From positions 480,001 to 544,000 of the forward strand of contig CAVVHE010000004.1 of the NCBI GenBank assembly GCA_963748015.1: a stretch of DNA of 64,000 nucleotides, in the 5' to 3' direction. The stretch is from Terriglobia bacterium. Lineage in GTDB: Bacteria; Acidobacteriota; Polarisedimenticolia; Polarisedimenticolales; JAIQFR01. Below the pieces are notes generated by a model. That model did no database searches. It was not told the DNA's origin and worked only from the letters and a program-made list of their open reading frames with translations. Position 1 is the first letter of the stretch; the number at the start of each line of letters is the position of its first letter. Shown one piece after another: positions 57,379 to 64,000 of the stretch. The position numbers and the translations under genes are program-made.

Positions 57379-57543
57379 CTAGTGTCTCGTACCCGAAGTC
57401 CCGTTAACATCGAGGCCGTCGATGCGCCCGGCCTGCGAGGAGCGACGAGGGAGCATACCGGGAGTATTCGACCGAGGAGCGACGAAGCAGGCCGGGATGC
57501 AGCGGCGGCCGAATGTAACGCGACTTCGGGTACGAGACACTAG
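57379..57543 (+). ncRNA. Putative structured RNA or leader: 165-nt rod with twin 13-nt repeats
   Basis: Perfect 22-bp closing stem, further helices with G-U pairs on the + strand, CGAGGAGCGACGA twice. Confidence 0.6.
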
Positions 57544-57558
57544 GGTTGGAGGTCGCCC

Positions 57559-58161
57559 ATGGCGCTGACGCGAAGGCAGCGGGAAGTCGTCGACGTGATC
57601 CGGGATTTCATCTCGCGGAACGGGTACTCGCCGAGCCTCGAGGAAATCGGCAAGGCGCTCGGTCTGTCGTCCGTCGCGACGGTTCACAAGCACGTCACGC
57701 ACCTCGTGTCGAAAGGGTACGCGCGACGTGTCTGGAATCAGAACCGCTCGATCGAGCTCACCGGGGGCCCGGGCGCGGTCGTGCTCGGGGTTCCCGTGAC
57801 GGGCCTGCTTGCCGCGGGTGCGCCGATCGTGACGGTGCCGGACGGCGGCACCACGCTCGTTCCCGGGGACTTCACGGCGGAAGGCCGGAAGGCGGTGGCG
57901 TTCAGGGTGTCCGGAGACTCGCTCCTCCACGCGGGAATGCGGGACGGAGACCTCGCGGTCGTCGAGGAGAGGGGGGAGGCGGCCGACGGCGAGTCGGTTG
58001 TCGCGATGCGCGACGGCGCGGCCGCCGTGGCGACCTTCCGCAGGGAGGGGGAGCGCTCGTGGCTCGAACACGGAGAGGGGAACCTCGCCGAGTCGTTGCA
58101 GGGGCCGTTCGAGGTCCGCGGCGTGCTCCTCGGTCTGGTTCGGCGGTACCCGAAATCGTGA
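57559..58161 (+). CDS. lexA: LexA-family repressor lacking the catalytic Lys
   Basis: wHTH LTRRQ...GYSPSLEEIG...SVATVHKH; Ala86-Gly87 site; GDS121; Ala158 at the Lys156-equivalent position. Confidence 0.9.
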   Translation: MALTRRQREVVDVIRDFISRNGYSPSLEEIGKALGLSSVATVHKHVTHLVSKGYARRVWNQNRSIELTGGPGAVVLGVPVTGLLAAGAPIVTVPDGGTTLVPGDFTAEGRKAVAFRVSGDSLLHAGMRDGDLAVVEERGEAADGESVVAMRDGAAAVATFRREGERSWLEHGEGNLAESLQGPFEVRGVLLGLVRRYPKS

Positions 58162-59027
58162 GCCGGGAGACGCTCCGCTCGAGGTTCGAGACTCCGAGAG
58201 GGCCGGTGTGGCTCGATGGCCGTTTCGTCGACCCGCAGGAGGCGACCCTCGCCGTCACCGACCCCGCGGTCCAGTTCGGCCTCGGGGTGTTCGAGACGGT
58301 CGCGGTGCGCGATGGGCGCGCGATGGAAGGCGGCGCGCACCTGGGGCGCCTGTCGACTTGCGCGGCGAGAATCGGAGTGACCCTTCCGCGGATGGCCGAC
58401 CTCGAGGCCGCGATCGCGCAACTCGCCCGCGGCGTCGAGGGTGGCTGCGGCTGGCTCCGAATCATCGCGAGCCGCTCGGGGCGGTGCGCCGTGTTCGCCG
58501 GACCGATGGATCCCGCGGAGGAGGGGAAGAGCGTTCGCGCGGTCCTGCTCCCGTGGCGGCGCTGCCCGGCCGACGCTCTCGCGGGGCTCAAGAGCCTGAA
58601 CTACGCGGCGAACGTCCTCGGGATCGAGGAAGCGCAGCGCCGTGGCGCGGACGAGGGGCTGTGGCTCAACACCCGCGGGCATCTCGCGGAGGGCTGCTCC
58701 GCGAACCTCTTCGTGGTGAAGCGGCGCGCCGTGTTCACCCCCGCCGCGCGTGACGGGATCCTGGCGGGCATCGTCCGCGGACTCGCGATCCACGCCGCGC
58801 GCTCCCTCGGCTATCTCCTCCACGAGGGGAAGGTGCGGTTGCCGCGCCTGCTCGGAGCGGACGAGGCCTTCCTGACGTCGAGCACGCGGGGAATACGCCC
58901 CCTGGTCGAGTTCGAGGGACGGCCGGTCGGCAAGGGCCGGCCGGGGCCGGTCACGGCCGCGGTCGCCGCGGAGGTGAGAAGGCTGCGCGGGATCGGTGGG
59001 AATCGAGCGACCTCCCCGGGATCGTGA
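58158..59027 (+). CDS. Aminotransferase class IV (IlvE/PabC/Dat family)
   Basis: GVFETV, KSLNY, EGCSANLF, ILAGIVR, EAFLTSS; GTGA overlap with lexA. Confidence 0.9.
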   Translation: MSRETLRSRFETPRGPVWLDGRFVDPQEATLAVTDPAVQFGLGVFETVAVRDGRAMEGGAHLGRLSTCAARIGVTLPRMADLEAAIAQLARGVEGGCGWLRIIASRSGRCAVFAGPMDPAEEGKSVRAVLLPWRRCPADALAGLKSLNYAANVLGIEEAQRRGADEGLWLNTRGHLAEGCSANLFVVKRRAVFTPAARDGILAGIVRGLAIHAARSLGYLLHEGKVRLPRLLGADEAFLTSSTRGIRPLVEFEGRPVGKGRPGPVTAAVAAEVRRLRGIGGNRATSPGS

Positions 59028-59068
59028 TAGAACGAGCCAAGGGGAACGAGAGAAGGCTGGAGGAACGG

Positions 59069-59230
59069 ATGGAGCACGCGGCGGCGCAAGCGACCGGTTG
59101 GATCGTCAACACGACCCATGCGTGGGTGTTCGTCGGGTGCTGGGTGGCCGTGGTCTTGGTCTACGGCTTCTGGCGCTCTCGCGGCCAAGCGCCGCAAGAC
59201 GAGATCCGTCCTTCCGGCCCGACGGAGTAA
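59069..59230 (+). CDS. Small single-TM hypothetical protein (53 aa)
   Basis: GGAGG 5 nt before ATG; hydrophobic AWVFVGCWVAVVLVYGFW followed by RSR. Confidence 0.6.
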   Translation: MEHAAAQATGWIVNTTHAWVFVGCWVAVVLVYGFWRSRGQAPQDEIRPSGPTE

Positions 59231-59279
59231 CGGACGGCGCGCCGCGCGCGTCCCTCTCGATCGAGGTATCGGTGGGGGA

Positions 59280-59355
59280 TGGTGGCTCGGGACGGAATTG
59301 AACCGCCGACGCAGGGATTTTCAGTCCCTCGCTCTACCAGCTGAGCTACCGAGCC
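59280..59355 (-). tRNA. tRNA-Phe(GAA)
   Basis: Reverse complement gives GGCTCGGTAGCTCAG...CTGAAAA...GCCACCA. Confidence 0.96.
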
Positions 59356-59432
59356 TCCTGACGGATCTCGAAAAACCGGAAGATTCTCGCACCCGGGCGC
59401 GCGGGCGTCAAGTTCCGCGCACTCCGCGGCGG

Positions 59433-60509
59433 TCAGCCGCGCGCCTTCGACTTCGCCTTTTCGCCCTCGAGCGTCGCCGGGGCCGGGGTGGGGGCCGCGG
59501 TCGGCTGCCTCTTCCCGAGGCCGAGTGTCTCCCGGAGCTTCACCTCGATCTCCGCCGCCAGGTCGGGGTTGTCCTTCATGAAGACGCGGGCGTTCTCGCG
59601 CCCCTGGCCGAGCCGGATCTCGCCGTAAGAGAACCAGGAGCCCGCCTTCTCGACGAGCTTGTGGGCGATCCCGAGGTCGAGCAGGTCGCCCTCGCGCGAG
59701 ATCCCCTCGCCGTACAGGATGTCGAACTCGGCGGAGCGGAACGGAGGGGCGACCTTGTTCTTGACCACCTTGAGGCGCGTGCGGTTCCCCGTCGTGTCCT
59801 CGCCCTCCTTGATCGCGCCGATGCGTCGGATGTCGAGACGCATGGAGGCGTAGAACTTCAGCGCGCGGCCGCCGCTGGTGGTTTCGGGGTTGCCGAACAT
59901 CACGCCGATCTTCTCGCGCATCTGGTTGATGAAGATCAGGGCCGTCCCGCTCTTGGACACGATCCCGGCCAGCTTCCGCAGCGCCTGGGACATCAGCCTC
60001 GCCTGGAGGCCGACGTGGGAGTCGCCCATCTCGCCGTCGAGCTCCGCCTTGGGCACGAGGGCCGCGACCGAGTCGACCACGACGACGTCGATCGCCCCCG
60101 AGCGGATCAGGATCTCCGCGATCTCGAGCGCCTGCTCGCCGGAATCCGGCTGGGACACCATGAGGTTGTCCACGTCGCAGCCGAGTTTCTTGGCGTAGTC
60201 CGGGTCGAGGGCGTGCTCCGCGTCGATGAACGCGGCGATCCCCCCCTGCCTCTGGGACTCCGCGACGACGTGGAGGGCGAAGGTGGTCTTTCCCGAGGAC
60301 TCGGGGCCGAAGATCTCCACCACCCGTCCCTTCGGGATGCCGCCGACGCCGAGGGCGTAGTCGATGGACAGGGAGGACGTCGAGATGACCGGCACCTCGA
60401 CGTGCCCGCGGTCGCCCAGCTTCATGATGGAGCCCTTGCCGAACTGGCGCTCGATCTGCGAGACGGCAAGGTCCATCGCCTTCGTTCTTTCCTTCGAGTC
60501 TGGCATCAT
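59433..60509 (-). CDS. recA: Recombinase RecA
   Basis: [33 protein letters not shown]. Confidence 0.99.
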   Translation of the reverse strand: MMPDSKERTKAMDLAVSQIERQFGKGSIMKLGDRGHVEVPVISTSSLSIDYALGVGGIPKGRVVEIFGPESSGKTTFALHVVAESQRQGGIAAFIDAEHALDPDYAKKLGCDVDNLMVSQPDSGEQALEIAEILIRSGAIDVVVVDSVAALVPKAELDGEMGDSHVGLQARLMSQALRKLAGIVSKSGTALIFINQMREKIGVMFGNPETTSGGRALKFYASMRLDIRRIGAIKEGEDTTGNRTRLKVVKNKVAPPFRSAEFDILYGEGISREGDLLDLGIAHKLVEKAGSWFSYGEIRLGQGRENARVFMKDNPDLAAEIEVKLRETLGLGKRQPTAAPTPAPATLEGEKAKSKARG

Positions 60510-60568
60510 GGGAATCTCCAGGGGAGGCGTCGAATCACCGGCTGGCCGAGGAACCCCGGCCTCGATGG

Positions 60569-60598
60569 AGGTTAGGCGATCGCCTCCGGCCCTGTCAA
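60569..60598 (-). promoter_or_regulatory. recA promoter with a 12-bp palindrome in the spacer
   Basis: Minus strand TTGACA-18 nt-TAACCT; AGGCGATCGCCT at 60574-60585. Confidence 0.6.
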
Positions 60599-60742
60599 GG
60601 CGTCCGGTTTCCGTGACGAAATCTCGATGATGGGACCGTTCTTTGGGTGGGGCGATGCCTTGAATCCTCAATCCATAGCGGGTGGCGCTCCCATCACTTT
60701 GGGTGGGCAGCGCGTAGGTTGAATTAGTTAAGAATTTGAAAG

Positions 60743-60771
60743 TTGACAGCCCCGATAGTGGCGCCTATGAT
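60743..60771 (+). promoter_or_regulatory. sigma70 promoter with AT-rich UP-like region
   Basis: TTGACA-17 nt-TATGAT. Confidence 0.8.
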
Positions 60772-60835
60772 TTGCGGCGGCTTGGACGACCCGCGCCCCA
60801 GAGCCCACGGGGCGCTTAACGTTGGAGGAGTCGGC

Positions 60836-62668
60836 GTGCGCTGGCTGCAGGACTCCCAACTCGAGAAGCCGCGCCTTGCCGTCGTCCTGCCTCTTCTCGT
60901 GCTTCTGTTGGTGTCGGGCTGCGCGACGAGATCGTCCAGGGAGGTCACCTCCCCTCCGCCGCCGTCCGCCCCGGAGAAGTCCGAGCCCGCCATCCCGTCC
61001 GCCAGGAGCGTCGAGGAAGCGCTCTTCAGCGCGAGGGCTCGCCAGGCGGCCGGCGAGCGGGCGGTCGCGGAGGGTGACGCCGCCACCGCCAAGCGGGAAT
61101 TCGAGGCCGCCCTCGACGTGCTCGCGGCCGCGGGAGACGACCCCAGGGTGACCGAGGTCGCCTCGGACGTGGTCGAGGAGCTCAAGGCCCTCGAAGGGGC
61201 CGGGGGAGCCGAACAGGGCGAGGCCGACGAGATCGAGCCTTCCCCGCTCGACGAGCTGGCGACGCCGCCACCGGAGCTGAGCCCCGGCCAGATCGAGCAG
61301 GAGCGGAGCCTGATCGACTACGCCGGCCTGAAGTTCGACATCCCGTTCGTGGTGAACGACCGCGTCATCGGGTGGGTGGACTTCTTCACGAACCGCAACC
61401 GCGAGAAGTTCGTCCCGGGGCTGATCCGCTCCGGCCGCTACCTGCCGATGATCCAGCGGATCTTCGAGGAGGAAGGGCTCCCGAAAGACCTCGGCTACAT
61501 GGCGCACGTCGAGAGCGCCTACAAGGTGAACGCCTTCTCCCGCGCGAAGGCCAAGGGGATCTTCCAGTTCATCGCCGCTACGGGACGTCGCTACGGTCTC
61601 AGGATCGATTCGTGGGTGGACGAGCGCTCCGATCCCGAGAAGGCGACCCGCGCCGCGACCGCGTACCTCAAGGACCTCTACGGGATGTTCGGCGACTGGT
61701 ACCTCGCGATGGCCGCGTACAACGCCGGCGAGGGGAAGATCCAGCGCGCGATCGACCGGACGGGAAAGCGGGATTTCTGGGCGCTCGCGTCGACCCGCCT
61801 ACTCCGCAACGAGACCGTCAACTACGTGCCCGCCATCCTCGCCGCGACCTTGATCTCGAAGGACCCGAAGCGCTTCGGTTTCGAGTTCGAGCCGGATGCA
61901 GCCGTGGAATACGAGACGATCCGGGTCGAGGGCTCCGTGCACCTCAAGGTGCTCGCGCGGTGCGCGGGGACCGATCTCGAGACGATGCAGAAGCTGAACC
62001 CCGCGCTCCGCCGGCGCCAGACCCCTACCGGCACCACCGAGGTGCGGGTGCCTCCGGGAACCGGCTCGGCGACCCTCGCGGCCCTCGCGGACGTCCCCGC
62101 GGCCGACCGCGCGATCGTCGCGCGGCACGTCGTGGAGAAGGGCGACACGCTCGGCAAGCTTGCCAAGCAGTACGGCGTGCGGTCCTCCGAGATCCAGAAG
62201 GCCAACCGGATGGGGAAACGGACGAGCCTCCGGCCCGGCGAGTCGCTGGTCGTGCCGGGGGGCACGGCCGATGTGGCCGACGCCACCCTGGAGAGACGGC
62301 CCCCGCGTTCCGAGGGCGCCACGATCTATCGCGTGCACAAGGGGGACACCCTGTCCTCCGTGGCGCGGCGCTACGGGGTCACGCCGGCGGCGATCGCGAG
62401 AGCCAGCGGGATCCCGGTGAACGGCGTCCTCGGCGTCGGGCAGCGCCTGACCATTCCCGGAACGGGCGAGACCGTGGCGAAGACGCGCTCGTCGAAATCC
62501 GGGAAAGCCGCCTCGGATGGCACCCGCGTCGTCCACACGGTTCGGCCCGGCGAGACCCTTCTCCGGATCGCCCAGCGCTACCAGGTCACCGTGGACCGGA
62601 TTTGCGCCCTGAACGCCCTCCAACCGGACCAGACGATCTATCCCGGCCTGAAGCTCACGATCCAGTAG
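60836..62668 (+). CDS. mltD: MltD-like lytic transglycosylase lipoprotein with three LysM domains
   Basis: Lipobox VSGC; VESAY, GIFQF, AAYNAGEG, ETVNYV; three LysM repeats; GGAGGA RBS. Confidence 0.92.
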   Translation: MRWLQDSQLEKPRLAVVLPLLVLLLVSGCATRSSREVTSPPPPSAPEKSEPAIPSARSVEEALFSARARQAAGERAVAEGDAATAKREFEAALDVLAAAGDDPRVTEVASDVVEELKALEGAGGAEQGEADEIEPSPLDELATPPPELSPGQIEQERSLIDYAGLKFDIPFVVNDRVIGWVDFFTNRNREKFVPGLIRSGRYLPMIQRIFEEEGLPKDLGYMAHVESAYKVNAFSRAKAKGIFQFIAATGRRYGLRIDSWVDERSDPEKATRAATAYLKDLYGMFGDWYLAMAAYNAGEGKIQRAIDRTGKRDFWALASTRLLRNETVNYVPAILAATLISKDPKRFGFEFEPDAAVEYETIRVEGSVHLKVLARCAGTDLETMQKLNPALRRRQTPTGTTEVRVPPGTGSATLAALADVPAADRAIVARHVVEKGDTLGKLAKQYGVRSSEIQKANRMGKRTSLRPGESLVVPGGTADVADATLERRPPRSEGATIYRVHKGDTLSSVARRYGVTPAAIARASGIPVNGVLGVGQRLTIPGTGETVAKTRSSKSGKAASDGTRVVHTVRPGETLLRIAQRYQVTVDRICALNALQPDQTIYPGLKLTIQ

Positions 62669-62717
62669 CTCCCGCCTCCTCCGTCACGGTCCCGTTCCGC
62701 CTCCCACGGGTCATCTC

Positions 62718-64000
62718 ATGCTCGGACGCGCCACGGGTGCGGTGCTGATCGGTGTCGAGGCTCGCCTGGTGGAGGTCGAGGTGGATCTCGCGGGCGGGCT
62801 TCCGAGCGTCTCCGCGGTGGGGTTGCCGGACGCCGCGGTCAGGGAGGGGATCGAGCGGATCCGCTCGGCCATCCCGCACGCCGGATTCACGCTGCCCGAC
62901 GGCCGCGCGATCATCAACCTGGCGCCGGCGGAGATCCAGAAGCAGGGGACGGGGCTCGACCTCCCGATCGCGGTCGCGCTCCTGGCCGCCGCGGGGCAGA
63001 TCACCGCGAGCCGTCCCGATGACACCGTGATCGCGGGCGAGCTGGGCCTCGACGGGTCCGTGAGGCCGATCCGCGGGGCGCTCTCGATCGCGATGGAAGC
63101 CGCGCGCGCCGGCCGGCGCCGGGTGCTCGTTCCGAGCGAGAACGCCCAGGAAGCGGGACTGATCGCGGAGATCGAGGTGGTGGCGGTCGGCTCCCTCGCG
63201 GACGTCGCCGCGCCGAACGGGTGCGGGACGCTCGGCTCGAGGCCGGACCTCGCCGCGTGGATCCGCGCGGCGGAAGCGGGGAGGTCGGCGCACGACCTCG
63301 CCGACGTGCGCGGCCAGGCGCTCGCGCGGCGGGCGCTCGAGGTCGCCGCGGCGGGAGGACACCACCTCCTGCTGTCCGGGCCGCCGGGGTCGGGCAAGAG
63401 CATGCTGGCGCAGCGGCTGCCGGGGATCCTCCCGGCGATGACTCCCGACGAGGCGCTCGAGGTCACGCGCGTCTGGAGCGCGGGAGGGCTCTCCCGGGGT
63501 CTCGTGACCACGCGTCCCTTCCGCGCCCCGCACCACGGGATCTCGTTCGCGGGGCTCACGGGCGGAGGGCTGCGCTTGAGGCCGGGGGAGGTGAGCCTCG
63601 CGACGCACGGCGTGCTGTACCTCGACGAGCTTCCCGAGTTTCGCCGCGACGCGCTGGAGGGGCTGCGCCAGCCGCTCGAGGACGGGACGATCACCGTGGT
63701 TCGGGTCAACGCCAGCGCGACGTTTCCGAGCCGGTTCATGCTTGTGGCGTCGATGAATCCTTGTCCGTGCGGCCACCACGGCAGCCCCGGCGGCAAATGC
63801 GGCTGCACGCCGCTCGAGATCCGGCGCTACCTCGCGAAGCTGTCGGGGCCGCTGATCGATCGGTTCGACATCGTGGTGGAGGTGCCGCCGGTCGAGCTGG
63901 CGGCGCTGTCGTCGCCGGCGCGCGGGGAGCCCTCGTCGATCGTTCGGGCGCGCGTGGTCGCCGCCCGCGACCGGCAGCGGGAGCGATTCCGCCCGAGCGG
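62718..64000 (+). CDS. comM: ComM/YifB Mg-chelatase-like AAA+ ATPase; 3'-truncated (absent from ORF track)
   Basis: Manual translation: VGLPDAAVRE, NLAPA, DLPIA, GPPGSGKSMLA, RPFRAPHH, LDELPEF, MNPCPCG. Confidence 0.95.
   Translation, partial: MLGRATGAVLIGVEARLVEVEVDLAGGLPSVSAVGLPDAAVREGIERIRSAIPHAGFTLPDGRAIINLAPAEIQKQGTGLDLPIAVALLAAAGQITASRPDDTVIAGELGLDGSVRPIRGALSIAMEAARAGRRRVLVPSENAQEAGLIAEIEVVAVGSLADVAAPNGCGTLGSRPDLAAWIRAAEAGRSAHDLADVRGQALARRALEVAAAGGHHLLLSGPPGSGKSMLAQRLPGILPAMTPDEALEVTRVWSAGGLSRGLVTTRPFRAPHHGISFAGLTGGGLRLRPGEVSLATHGVLYLDELPEFRRDALEGLRQPLEDGTITVVRVNASATFPSRFMLVASMNPCPCGHHGSPGGKCGCTPLEIRRYLAKLSGPLIDRFDIVVEVPPVELAALSSPARGEPSSIVRARVVAARDRQRERFRPS

Noticed and set aside
57379..57543. 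Retron msr-msd, SRP RNA, CRISPR or canonical 6S identity for the hairpin
   Set aside because: No reverse transcriptase or cas gene nearby, no SRP domain IV motif, only two short repeats, and the arm beyond the bubble is too short for a typical 6S (not fully excluded without a covariance search)
59231..59432. tRNA-Phe as an integration site for an island
   Set aside because: No integrase, no duplicated tRNA 3' end seen, and the flanking genes have host-like composition

Overview
High-GC bacterial chromosome segment, most consistent with Acidobacteriota (rplM-rpsI-rpsB linkage, RpoA starting [10 protein letters not shown], Cys-rich insertion in RpoB). About 40 kb (2701-43203) is one uninterrupted plus-strand translation/transcription supercluster: rplM-rpsI-rpsB-tsf-pyrH-frr-ispDF-rlmB, four tRNAs, tuf-rpmG-secE-nusG-rplKAJL-rpoBC, then str, S10, spc and alpha. 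To the left are a COG2403/ArcE-like gene, argF and ubiE/menG. To the right are carB, an LPS/ADP-heptose operon, a cysteine desulfurase, a membrane HD-GYP protein, a secreted HEAT-repeat protein, lexA with a class IV aminotransferase, tRNA-Phe, recA, a LysM lytic transglycosylase and comM. Frameshifts in rpoC, rpsG, rpmC, rplE, carB and the HEAT gene look like long-read indel errors. The most interesting locus is 57379-59230. The LexA there has Ala at the catalytic Lys position (equivalent to the non-cleavable K156A mutant). It lies directly downstream of a 165-nt rod-shaped structured element carrying twin 13-nt repeats. Also notable are two other long palindromes, two probable leaderless genes and a probable arginine synthetase pathway. 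No mobile element, prophage or CRISPR array was seen.
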